From positions 79,138 to 143,137 of the forward strand of contig JBIIPZ010000002.1 in the NCBI GenBank assembly GCA_044342325.1: a DNA stretch of 64,000 nt, given 5' to 3'. Under the pieces are notes generated by a model. It was not told the origin of the DNA. It saw nothing but the letters and a program-made list of their open reading frames with translations, and made no database searches. Position 1 is the first letter of the stretch. Each line of letters begins with the position of its first letter. Both the position numbers and the translations under genes were made by a program. Below, one piece after another: positions 10,131-18,669 of this stretch. This DNA is from Terrimicrobiaceae bacterium (GTDB lineage Bacteria > Verrucomicrobiota > Verrucomicrobiia > Chthoniobacterales > Terrimicrobiaceae).

Positions 10131-10157
10131 GTGGTAGAAAAATACCACACTCGTCAA
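10131..10157 (-). promoter_or_regulatory. Inverted repeat GTGGTA-N6-TACCAC next to a TTGACG -35-like box; candidate XRE operator
   Basis: Perfect 6-bp IR at 10131-10148; TTGACG on the minus strand at 10152-10157; about 20 bp upstream of the XRE start. Confidence 0.5.
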
Positions 10158-10271
10158 GTCTCTGCTTTTGCAAAAATTCAGGATCCCACTTCGTCCCAGA
10201 TGCATGAGTCGAGCGTTGAAATTTGATCATTAAATGGACTGGCCAAAATGATCATCTCCAGCGGAGCCGTT

Positions 10272-11819
10272 TTACTCCTGCGGCGCGATGCGTGGAAACA
10301 GCGGGACGGGCTCGCCGAGCTGATGGCCCTCCGGGAGCACGCCCCATGCTATGGCTGCGAGGGAGGCGTCGCCCTGCCAGTTGAGTTGGGAGCGTATGGC
10401 ATCCGCTTCGCGGGGGATGATCGGTGACATGAGGATCGAGATGATGCGCAGGGACTCGGAGAGCGTGTAGAGGACCTCGTCGAGTTTATCGGATTGGGCC
10501 GGGTCTTTGGCGAGTTTCCACGGGGCGGTTTCCTCTACATAGGCATTGCAGCGGGTCACGATCTCCATCGCGGCTTCGATGGCGGCCTGGACCTGATAGG
10601 ATTTCATGGCTGCATCGTAGGCTGTGGTTTTTTCCTGAACGAAGGCGGCGAGAGGGGAGTCCATTCGGCGCAGGATGCCGCTGCTGTAGCGCTTGGCCAT
10701 GCTGAGGGTGCGGTTCAGCAGGTTGCCGAGGCTGTTGGCGAGTTCGGCGTTGTAGCGCTGCTCGAGTCGCTCGATGCTGAAATCGGCATCGCGTCCGGTG
10801 GAGATGTCGCTGAGCAGGTAATACCTCACTGCAGCTTGGCCGTAGCGGGCCACGAGGACTTCGGGGTCGATGCTATTTCCCAGGCTTTTGCTCATCTTGG
10901 CGCCGGAAATGTTCCACCAGCCATGGACGAGCAGCGTGGGCATCTCGGCATCGGTGAAGCCGAGGGCGCGGAGCATGATCATCCAGTAGATGCCGTGGGG
11001 TGGGATAAGGATGTCCTTGCCTATGACATGCAGGGCAGGCCAGCGGGATTTGAAAAGGCTGAGATCGGCTCCCGGCTTGGCGTCGTAGCCGGCGAAGCTG
11101 ATGTAGTTCGAGAGTGCGTCGAACCAGACATAGGTTACAAAGGCGGGATCAAACGGAAGCTCGATGCCCCAGGTGAGGCGGGATTTTGGGCGGGAAATGC
11201 AGAGGTCTCCGGTGAGTTTCTCCACGGCATTTCGAAGCTCGGCGACGCGGAAATCGGGGACGACGAGAGGATTCCCCGCTTGTGTGCGGGAGTCGATGAG
11301 GTTGAGCAACCAGTCGCGGTGTTCTGCGAGTTTGAAGTAGTAGTTCTCCTCCTCGATCTCGACGACCTCGCCCCACTCGGGGCCGAACTCGCCGTCAGGG
11401 CCGCGTTCTTTTTCGGTGAGGAATTGCTCCTGGCGCACGCTGTAGTAGCCGCTTTGCGTGGCTTTGTAGAATTGGCCTTCGTCCCAGAGTCGCTGCAGCA
11501 TGCCTTGCACGCAGGATTTGTGCAGGTTCTCCACGGTGGCGGCCCAGGCGTCATGGCTGAGGTCGAGTTTTTTCCAGAGTTCCACGAAGAGGCTGGTGAT
11601 TTCGGCAACAAACTCTGCTGGTTCGACGCCTCGCTTCTGGGCGGATTGCTGCACCTTCTGTCCGTGCTGGTCCACGCCTGTGAGGAAGAAAACCTCGCGT
11701 CCGGCAAGGCGCTGGTGGCGGGCGATGGCGTCGGCGAGAACCTTCTCATAGGCGTGGCCGATGTGCGGCGCGCCATTGGTGTAGTCGATCGCGGTGGTGA
11801 TGAAGAATGTGTTCGGCAT
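10272..11819 (-). CDS. metG: Methionine--tRNA ligase (short form, no C-terminal tRNA-binding domain)
   Basis: HIGH, KMSKS, YVWFDAL, IGKDI motifs. Confidence 0.95.
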   Translation of the reverse strand: MPNTFFITTAIDYTNGAPHIGHAYEKVLADAIARHQRLAGREVFFLTGVDQHGQKVQQSAQKRGVEPAEFVAEITSLFVELWKKLDLSHDAWAATVENLHKSCVQGMLQRLWDEGQFYKATQSGYYSVRQEQFLTEKERGPDGEFGPEWGEVVEIEEENYYFKLAEHRDWLLNLIDSRTQAGNPLVVPDFRVAELRNAVEKLTGDLCISRPKSRLTWGIELPFDPAFVTYVWFDALSNYISFAGYDAKPGADLSLFKSRWPALHVIGKDILIPPHGIYWMIMLRALGFTDAEMPTLLVHGWWNISGAKMSKSLGNSIDPEVLVARYGQAAVRYYLLSDISTGRDADFSIERLEQRYNAELANSLGNLLNRTLSMAKRYSSGILRRMDSPLAAFVQEKTTAYDAAMKSYQVQAAIEAAMEIVTRCNAYVEETAPWKLAKDPAQSDKLDEVLYTLSESLRIISILMSPIIPREADAIRSQLNWQGDASLAAIAWGVLPEGHQLGEPVPLFPRIAPQE

Positions 11820-11825
11820 GGTGTG

Positions 11826-12164
11826 TCAGGAATCGGTTCTGATTTTTCCGCCCCAGGAGAGGATGCGCGCCTTGCCGCCTGCGGCCTCGGCCTCCTTGAT
11901 CTGGTTGTTGCGGACATGGAAGAGCGACAGGCTGGACCAAGCGAGCATGTCTTGCGGACGCAGCTTCACGGCTTGCAGGCCGGCTTCCACGGCCTCCGCG
12001 TTGCGGCCGTTTTTCATGAGCGACATACCGAGTGCGTGCCAGCCCTCGAAAAAATCGGGATCCATCTCGACACAACGGCGGTATTTCTCGATCGCCGCCT
12101 CCAGGTCGCCAACAGCGATGTCGCCCGTGGCATCGTCGAAAATCTCGTCGATCTTTTGATCCAT
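11826..12164 (-). CDS. Small TPR protein
   Basis: TPR-like helices (AIEKYRRCVEMDP..EGWHALG); start overlaps the upstream stop (TGATG). Confidence 0.75.
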   Translation of the reverse strand: MDQKIDEIFDDATGDIAVGDLEAAIEKYRRCVEMDPDFFEGWHALGMSLMKNGRNAEAVEAGLQAVKLRPQDMLAWSSLSLFHVRNNQIKEAEAAGGKARILSWGGKIRTDS

Positions 12165-13675
12165 CAGCCTTGGCGGCCCGCTGGCATGGTGATGCGCGCG
12201 GCTTCGCGGCTCACACGCAGCCACTCCATGAAGAGGAGGTCGCGTTTGTTGCGCAGCACGCTCTCACGAATCTGTGACTCACGGGCGCCGAAAGCCATTT
12301 GATCGATCGGGCCACGGGTTTGAAGTTGAGCAACGAAAGCACCCCAAGGCGCGCCTTCGAGATTCGAAACCTCGCCTTCTTTTAGCAAGAGGGTGGAGCC
12401 CGCGATGGCCTGATTCTCGGGGGATGTCGATTCGGCTGCGGCTACGACATTTTTGATTTCCTCGACTTTGAGTTTCTGCGCCGCTGCTGCATCGGCAAAC
12501 GATTTTCCTCCGGTCACGGCGGCACGAAGGGCGTTTGCGGCGGATGTCGCGTCGGCGGTGAAAATTTGCTCGGCCTTCTGCGCGCGGAGTTGGGCTTCGA
12601 TACGCGGACGGGCCTCGTCGAGGGTGAGGGGACGGGCCGCATTCAAGGCGGTGACTTCGATGATATAGAAGGCATCCCCCGACTGGATCACATCGCTCGT
12701 GGCGCCGACTTGTGGAAGAAGGAATGAGGCTCGGGCAATGTTGGACATGGTTTCGGCATCGAGTGTGGAGGATGATTGGGCTGGATTTCCCGAGCGGTCG
12801 AACGCGGTGAGTTTGACGATCTTTGCGCCGGCCTTGGCGGCGAGTTGTTCGAGGGATAATCCGGCTTGCGCCAAGGAATCTGTAATCCCACTGGCGGCGT
12901 TCGCGAGCTTCTGCAGGGCGTCGACCTTTTCCTTGCCCTCGAGCTTTGAGTCGGCTGGAAGCGCGAAAACCACGCAACGCGCTTCGCGTGTCTCATCCGA
13001 CACGAGCGCGGACTGGTTCTGCTGGTGGATCGCGGCGACTTCCTCTGGCGTGATCTGGATTTTTTCAGCGTCCTGCTTGCGTTCGAACTTCACAAAGCTG
13101 GCTGTGACGGGTTGAAAAGCCCTCGCCATCGTTTGCATCTCGCCTTCGCCGATGGCGGCGGGGGCTTCCACGATTTTGCTCAGAGCTTCGAGCCGGAGGG
13201 AGTCGCGAATCACATCTTCAAGTTGGCGCTCCGTGAATCCACGCGGTGCGAGTTGCTGGCTCACGAACTGGCCGTATTTGAGGGGATCGAATTGCCCAGC
13301 GGCTTGAAAAATCGGAATCTCTTTGATGCGATTGGCGACCTGATCGTCAGTCGGTTCGATGCCGAGTTCGCGCGACTCATGCTGGAGAACCAAGAGGTTC
13401 CACACAAACTCTGTGAGCGCCCGATCTTGATCCTGAGAGGTTCCCCCGAGTTTTTGCAGAAGCTCGAACTGCCCGAGTGCGAGCGTGAGTTGGTAGTTTT
13501 TAACCTGACGGTCGATCGCAAGGGGCGTGAGGGACTTTCCGTAAATCGTCGGGTTTTTGATCGTGGCTAGTTCGTCAAGCTGCGTCGTATTATAAAGAAA
13601 AATGAATGCGACGATTGTCAAAACGGCCACCACCAGCATTAGGACTCGCTGATTTTTTCTGAGAATTTGAATCAT
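12164..13675 (-). CDS. SurA-N/PpiD-like membrane-anchored periplasmic chaperone
   Basis: N-terminal TM; ELGIEPTDDQV...IPIFQ..GQFDP..Y; PARPLTLDEARPRI typical of PpiD. Confidence 0.8.
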   Translation of the reverse strand: MIQILRKNQRVLMLVVAVLTIVAFIFLYNTTQLDELATIKNPTIYGKSLTPLAIDRQVKNYQLTLALGQFELLQKLGGTSQDQDRALTEFVWNLLVLQHESRELGIEPTDDQVANRIKEIPIFQAAGQFDPLKYGQFVSQQLAPRGFTERQLEDVIRDSLRLEALSKIVEAPAAIGEGEMQTMARAFQPVTASFVKFERKQDAEKIQITPEEVAAIHQQNQSALVSDETREARCVVFALPADSKLEGKEKVDALQKLANAASGITDSLAQAGLSLEQLAAKAGAKIVKLTAFDRSGNPAQSSSTLDAETMSNIARASFLLPQVGATSDVIQSGDAFYIIEVTALNAARPLTLDEARPRIEAQLRAQKAEQIFTADATSAANALRAAVTGGKSFADAAAAQKLKVEEIKNVVAAAESTSPENQAIAGSTLLLKEGEVSNLEGAPWGAFVAQLQTRGPIDQMAFGARESQIRESVLRNKRDLLFMEWLRVSREAARITMPAGRQG

Positions 13676-13730
13676 AAAATTTGATGAAAATATTGATTAA
13701 CGAGCGGGAAGGTATTAGAGATTCACGCTA

Positions 13731-14471
13731 ATGAAAGCAAGCATCCCCCGTTTCTGGTTCGTGGCAGCCGCTCTTCTCGTGGCGCCTTTTTCGTTGATGA
13801 AGGCTCAGGATGTCATAGTTCAAAAAGATGGTCAGCGGCGCGAAGGCGAGATCACAGGAGTCAAGGCCGATGCTGTCCGCATCAAGATCGGGCCTGTCGA
13901 AACAGCCGTTCAGATGGCGAATGTCCAGTCTGTGGAAAAAGCGGCGCCTGCCGACTTCGACGCCGCTAATGAACTCTGGCGCGCGGGAAACGCCGCTGGT
14001 GCACTGGCCAAGCTCGAGCCGCTCACGCAGAAGTTCAGCGGCCTCCCCACGCCATGGGCCGAGCGGGCAACCTCCCTGCTCCCCGAGTTGTATATTTCCC
14101 AAGGGCGTGCTGCCGACGCGGAGACGGCCTTCAAAAATTTTCAAAAACTCTACCCCGGTTCGGGATCTTCCTCTGAGCTCCTCCTTGCTCGTCTCGCGAT
14201 GGCCAGGAAAGATCTTATCACAGCCCGCGCGAAGCTTGCACCGATCGTCGAGGCCGCCAAGCAAACCAAGTTGCCGGCTGGAACCGACGCCGTGGCTATG
14301 AGCCAAGCGCTTTGCCTTATGGCCGAAATTCAGGAAGGCGCCGGTGAAAAATCCGAGGCTCTCGGAAATTATCTTCTTGTCACAACCATCTTCAAAAACG
14401 ATCCATCTTCCGCCACTCGCGCCGCAACCCGCGCCGAGGCCCTCGAAAAAGAAAAAGTCATCGTTCCCTGA
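13731..14471 (+). CDS. Secreted protein: N-terminal DxIxxKxG..G.I beta-domain plus TPR-like helices
   Basis: Signal peptide ending MKA-QD; QDVIVQKDGQRREGEI; Ala-rich TPR-like repeats. Confidence 0.7.
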   Translation: MKASIPRFWFVAAALLVAPFSLMKAQDVIVQKDGQRREGEITGVKADAVRIKIGPVETAVQMANVQSVEKAAPADFDAANELWRAGNAAGALAKLEPLTQKFSGLPTPWAERATSLLPELYISQGRAADAETAFKNFQKLYPGSGSSSELLLARLAMARKDLITARAKLAPIVEAAKQTKLPAGTDAVAMSQALCLMAEIQEGAGEKSEALGNYLLVTTIFKNDPSSATRAATRAEALEKEKVIVP

Positions 14472-14494
14472 TTTTCCCAACTCCGCCTAAAACC

Positions 14495-15397
14495 ATGCAA
14501 AAAACAAACTCAGTCATCCATCGCATCCTCCCGCTCTTCCTCCTGCTGGCAACCGGCTCCTTGACTCACGCCGCGGACAAGCCGCCAGATCAGATGAGCA
14601 TCATCGAGATGATTCTCCACGGCGGTCCGCTGATCGTGGGAATCTGGTTGTGTATTGTAGGCACATCGATGGTTCTTTTCACTTATTGCATTCAGCTCTT
14701 CATGACCCTGCGTGCCGAGAACCTCGCGCCAAAGGCCTTGATGGAATCTTTGAAATCCACCATTGATGCTGGTAATTACCAAGAGGCTTGGGAAACATGC
14801 AAAGCAAACAAGGCTTATGTGGCCAAAGTCCTCCAAGGCACGCTCGAGCGTTTGGGACGAGGTCAAGATGCGGTTCAAGCAGGATTGATTGAATACGGAC
14901 TACGCCAATCCCAGCCGATCAAAACAAAAATCAGCTATGTTTCGGTTATCGGAGTTATCGCTCCCATGATCGGGTTGTTGGGAACGGTTATCGGAATGAT
15001 GGGCGCGTTCGCGGTCCTCGGTCAGTCTGGCGTGGCCGATCCGCGCGGTCTTGCTCTCCGAATCGGTGAAGTGCTCATGGCGACGGCTGCTGGTCTCTTC
15101 ATCGCTATTCCCGCGTTTATTTTCTATTACTACTTCCGAAATCTCTCCACCATCCGGATCGGTCTTTCGGATGACAAACTCCTTCATCTCATGTTGGATG
15201 TGCCTTACGAGGAGTTGCACGGGATCATCATTGGTGAAGGCGCGGACGGATCCTTCACGCCTCACGCTGCTGCTTCTGGCACCTCGCAAAATATCGCGGC
15301 AGCCGCCGAGGCGAATTGCCCGGTTTGTAACGGTGCTATCTCTGTTGGAGAAACCCCTTGCCCTCATTGCGGATCGCCTATTGATTGGGGAACATAA
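14495..15397 (+). CDS. exbB: MotA/TolQ/ExbB proton channel with C-terminal Zn-ribbon
   Basis: APMIGLLGTVIGM, IGEVLMATAAGL; C-terminal CPVC...CPHC. Confidence 0.9.
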   Translation: MQKTNSVIHRILPLFLLLATGSLTHAADKPPDQMSIIEMILHGGPLIVGIWLCIVGTSMVLFTYCIQLFMTLRAENLAPKALMESLKSTIDAGNYQEAWETCKANKAYVAKVLQGTLERLGRGQDAVQAGLIEYGLRQSQPIKTKISYVSVIGVIAPMIGLLGTVIGMMGAFAVLGQSGVADPRGLALRIGEVLMATAAGLFIAIPAFIFYYYFRNLSTIRIGLSDDKLLHLMLDVPYEELHGIIIGEGADGSFTPHAAASGTSQNIAAAAEANCPVCNGAISVGETPCPHCGSPIDWGT

Positions 15398-15407
15398 TCT
15401 CTAAAAA

Positions 15408-15893
15408 ATGTCTGACGCAGCCAATCCCCGCGGAAAGAAAAAACTCGTCCGCAAGCCAGAACACGAGCCCGATCCGGAGTTCCAGATCGCTCCCATGATT
15501 GATATTCTTCTGGTCTTGCTCGTGTTCTTCATGTCCATCAGCTCGACGGAAGTGCTGCAGTCAAACAAGGAAATCAACCTCCCCATTGCCAAAGAGGCCA
15601 AGGAGGCCAAGGACAATCCCGGTCAGGTTATCATCAATGTGACCTACACAGCCATGAATGGCATGACAGCCATCGAGGTGGACCAAAAAGATTATGCCAT
15701 GCCGGCTGAAATCGTTCCCATTCTTCAAAACAAAGTCAGTTCTAATCCACTCATCCGCGTTCTCATCCGTGCCGACCGGGAAGTCCGTTATGACTATGTT
15801 CGCAAGATTCTTGAGGCCGTTGGACAATCCGGCGTGGGCAATGTAACTTTCTCGGTCGTGGACAAAGACGCCACCCCGCCAGCAGCATCCTAA
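15408..15893 (+). CDS. exbD: ExbD/TolR family protein
   Basis: IAPMIDILLVLLVFFM; VLIRAD..V.Y. Confidence 0.9.
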   Translation: MSDAANPRGKKKLVRKPEHEPDPEFQIAPMIDILLVLLVFFMSISSTEVLQSNKEINLPIAKEAKEAKDNPGQVIINVTYTAMNGMTAIEVDQKDYAMPAEIVPILQNKVSSNPLIRVLIRADREVRYDYVRKILEAVGQSGVGNVTFSVVDKDATPPAAS

Positions 15894-15961
15894 AAAATCC
15901 CCATATTCTAAACGACATGCAAAACATCTACAATTTTTCAACCGGAGGGCTACGCTAAGCC

Positions 15962-16384
15962 ATGGGTGGAGGTGGTGTATCCGAAGATGGAGATCCGGGC
16001 TTCCAAATCGCCCCGATGGTCGATGTGGTATTCGTGCTGTTGCTGTTCTTCATGGCGTCAGCGGGATCTCAAGTTATTGAAAAAGAGTTAAATATCAGTC
16101 TTCCTAGCGGGCGCTCCGCCGGTGCAGCCGGAGGCGTGCCATCGACGCCGATCATTATCGACATCCTGCCTGACGGAAAAGTCCAGATGAACAACAAAAT
16201 CTATGATTCTCCGCAGAGCCGGGAACTCCCCGAGCTTAGGAATTGGCTCAAAGAGACGATAGCCAAGTTTGGTGACAAGGATCCCGTGATTCTCCGGCCC
16301 GATCCTATGACGACGCACGAGCGCGTCATGGATGTGCTTAACGCGGCATCGGCATCCGGCGTTACCAAACTCTCGTTCAGCTGA
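15962..16384 (+). CDS. exbD: ExbD/TolR family protein (second copy)
   Basis: IAPMVDVVFVLLLFFM; VILRPD...HERVMDVLNA. Confidence 0.9.
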   Translation: MGGGGVSEDGDPGFQIAPMVDVVFVLLLFFMASAGSQVIEKELNISLPSGRSAGAAGGVPSTPIIIDILPDGKVQMNNKIYDSPQSRELPELRNWLKETIAKFGDKDPVILRPDPMTTHERVMDVLNAASASGVTKLSFS

Positions 16385-16393
16385 CGCTCGGCC

Positions 16394-17752
16394 GTGCGCG
16401 GCGCAAGGCATTCTTCGAACTCTCGCCGAAGAGTGCTTATCATCTTGTTTTTTTGTGCACTGCTCGCAGGTGCTGTGGTGTTCCTTTCCATCCAGATCGG
16501 ACGCTTCGTCCACAGTCCGGATTTTTCCCACTTCATAGCCTCCCGCGCCGGAGCGGCATTGAAAGCGGAGGCCACGCTCCAACCCCTGCGATGGGATGGA
16601 GATTCCGCGCTCAGTGAGAGTTTGATGCTCATCGGCCGCGAGTCGGCTGCGTTGGATCGATTGGAAGCCAAAGGTCTGCGTGCCGAATGGAACTGGCGCG
16701 CCCTGCTCGCGGGGGCTTGGAAAATCGAAAATATCGAGATTCAGGCCCTCTTGGCCGCATTCAAATTGGAAACCGGAGCCGCACCGGACGACGCACCTCG
16801 CGACGATTCCAAGAAACCGGCGGCCCCTTCGTTTCTGGCCTCGTGGCTTCCCTCCCGCTTCGAACTCGGGGGCTTTGATGTGCGGAAGGCCGATCTGCGT
16901 TTCGGGGATATTCAAAGCACCGGCCAAGCTCTCACAGTGCGGCCTGTTGCTGGGGGATACAACATCGAGGCGAGGGGAGGTTCTCTATCCATTCCTGGGC
17001 TGCCCCCTCTCTCGCACGCGCAGAGTCGCATCCGCGAGCGTGAAGGTATCTACTACCTCGACGATTCCCGCTTTTTTCTTCCGAGTGGCGGATCGGTTGT
17101 GGCGTCAGGAAATTCCGGCACGAAAGCGCGGTTGACGCTCGTCTGGGACGGCGTGCCAGTCGCAGCGCTGCCTGTTTCCGATCTGGCAAAATACCTCGAC
17201 GGCACAAGCCATGGGCAGGCCACACGCGACGCTCAAGGCGTCTGGCGCGGCAACATCGCCTTCACCGGAGCCCGTCTCCGCGACCTCCCTTTGCTAAAAA
17301 ATGCAGCCTCCTTTCTTCGCGATTCGTCTTGGACCAATCCTTCGCTCCAAAAACTCAGCGCCGACTTTGAATGGTCTCTGGGAAACCTCACGCTCACAAA
17401 TCTCGTTGTAGAGTCCGCAGGAGTCGCCCGTATCGAGGGCAGCATGCGCATCGCCAAAGGGGGTGATCTCTCCGGACAACTCGAACTGGGCCTCGATCTC
17501 AACACGCTGAAACTGCTCCCAGGCGCGCGGGAAACCATCTTCGCCACCTCGCGCAATGGTTGGTATTGGTCTCCCGTTCAGATCGGAGGCACCTTGTCCG
17601 CCCCAAAAGATGACCTCTCCCCCCGACTCACTGCATGCGTCGCCGGAGCCGTCCTGATCAACCATGGCACCCAAACCCTCGACGCCGTCCCCGCGAAAGC
17701 CATCGACACTGCCAAAGATCTCATCAACATCTTCGCCCCCCTCATCCCGTGA
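16394..17752 (+). CDS. AsmA-like membrane-anchored beta-rich protein
   Basis: Single N-terminal TM, long alternating beta-strand pattern, C-terminal PVQIGGTLSAP motif typical of the AsmA-like C-terminus; GTG start uncertain. Confidence 0.6.
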   Translation: MRGARHSSNSRRRVLIILFFCALLAGAVVFLSIQIGRFVHSPDFSHFIASRAGAALKAEATLQPLRWDGDSALSESLMLIGRESAALDRLEAKGLRAEWNWRALLAGAWKIENIEIQALLAAFKLETGAAPDDAPRDDSKKPAAPSFLASWLPSRFELGGFDVRKADLRFGDIQSTGQALTVRPVAGGYNIEARGGSLSIPGLPPLSHAQSRIREREGIYYLDDSRFFLPSGGSVVASGNSGTKARLTLVWDGVPVAALPVSDLAKYLDGTSHGQATRDAQGVWRGNIAFTGARLRDLPLLKNAASFLRDSSWTNPSLQKLSADFEWSLGNLTLTNLVVESAGVARIEGSMRIAKGGDLSGQLELGLDLNTLKLLPGARETIFATSRNGWYWSPVQIGGTLSAPKDDLSPRLTACVAGAVLINHGTQTLDAVPAKAIDTAKDLINIFAPLIP

Positions 17753-17856
17753 AGCCCAATAATCCTGCATATTTCATGTCTCGTTTCGGCGCCCTCGAAA
17801 ACGTTGGGCTTTCTACCATTCAGCGAATTTTCGCATTCTATCCAGACCTCTGACCT

Positions 17857-18669
17857 ATGAAAAATCCACCCGTTGTCCTTACGATTGCCGGATCTGATAA
17901 TTCCTGCGGGGCAGGTGCCCAGGCGGATCTGAAGGCTATCACGGCCCTTGGGGGATATGCGCAAACGGCTATCACCTGCGTTGTGGCGGAGGTTCCCGGC
18001 AGGGTGGAGGCGATTCAGCCTGTGCGTCCGGATATTGTTGCGGCGCAGATACGGTTGAGTTTTGAAGCGTTTCCCGTGGCTGCGGTGAAGACTGGCATGT
18101 TGTTTTCCACGCCGATCATCCGAGCGGTGGCGTCCGCTTTGGGGTCTTGCAAAAAGATTCCGCCTCTTGTTGTTGATCCCGTCATGGTCGCATCGAGTGG
18201 CGATCCCTTGCTGAAGGCCTCGGCTGTGAAAGCCTACCGGGATTTGATTTTTCCTCTGGCGACTTTGGTGACTCCGAATCTCGACGAGTTGCGGATTCTC
18301 TCGGGCATGCCGTGCCGCGATCTCGATGAAATGAAGGCTGCAGGGGAGATGCTCGTCGCCCGGCATGGTTGTGCGTTTTTGCTCAAGGGCGGCCATCTTC
18401 GAGAGAAGATGGCGACGGATATCCTGGCGACGCAGGATGGGTTTGAGGCACTTGAAGCGCCGTTCCGCCGGAAAATCGATGCCCATGGCACGGGTTGCAC
18501 CTTCTCGGCAGCGATTGCGACTTTTCTCTCAGCGGGATTGTCTCTCTCCGAATCTGTGGGCCATGCAAAAAAATACATCACGCGGGCGATTGAAGAGCAT
18601 TTGCGCTGGAAGCAAGCGACCGCGCTGGAGCACCGCACGCAGAGGGTTTACCTGCCCGGCATGGATTGA
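17857..18669 (+). CDS. thiD: Hydroxymethylpyrimidine/phosphomethylpyrimidine kinase
   Basis: LTIAGSD..GAGAQADLK, VKTGML, DPVM, TPNLDE, HGTGCTFS. Confidence 0.93.
   Translation: MKNPPVVLTIAGSDNSCGAGAQADLKAITALGGYAQTAITCVVAEVPGRVEAIQPVRPDIVAAQIRLSFEAFPVAAVKTGMLFSTPIIRAVASALGSCKKIPPLVVDPVMVASSGDPLLKASAVKAYRDLIFPLATLVTPNLDELRILSGMPCRDLDEMKAAGEMLVARHGCAFLLKGGHLREKMATDILATQDGFEALEAPFRRKIDAHGTGCTFSAAIATFLSAGLSLSESVGHAKKYITRAIEEHLRWKQATALEHRTQRVYLPGMD

Noticed and set aside
17753..17856. Possible TPP riboswitch upstream of thiD
   Set aside because: No CTGAGA or other TPP aptamer core visible
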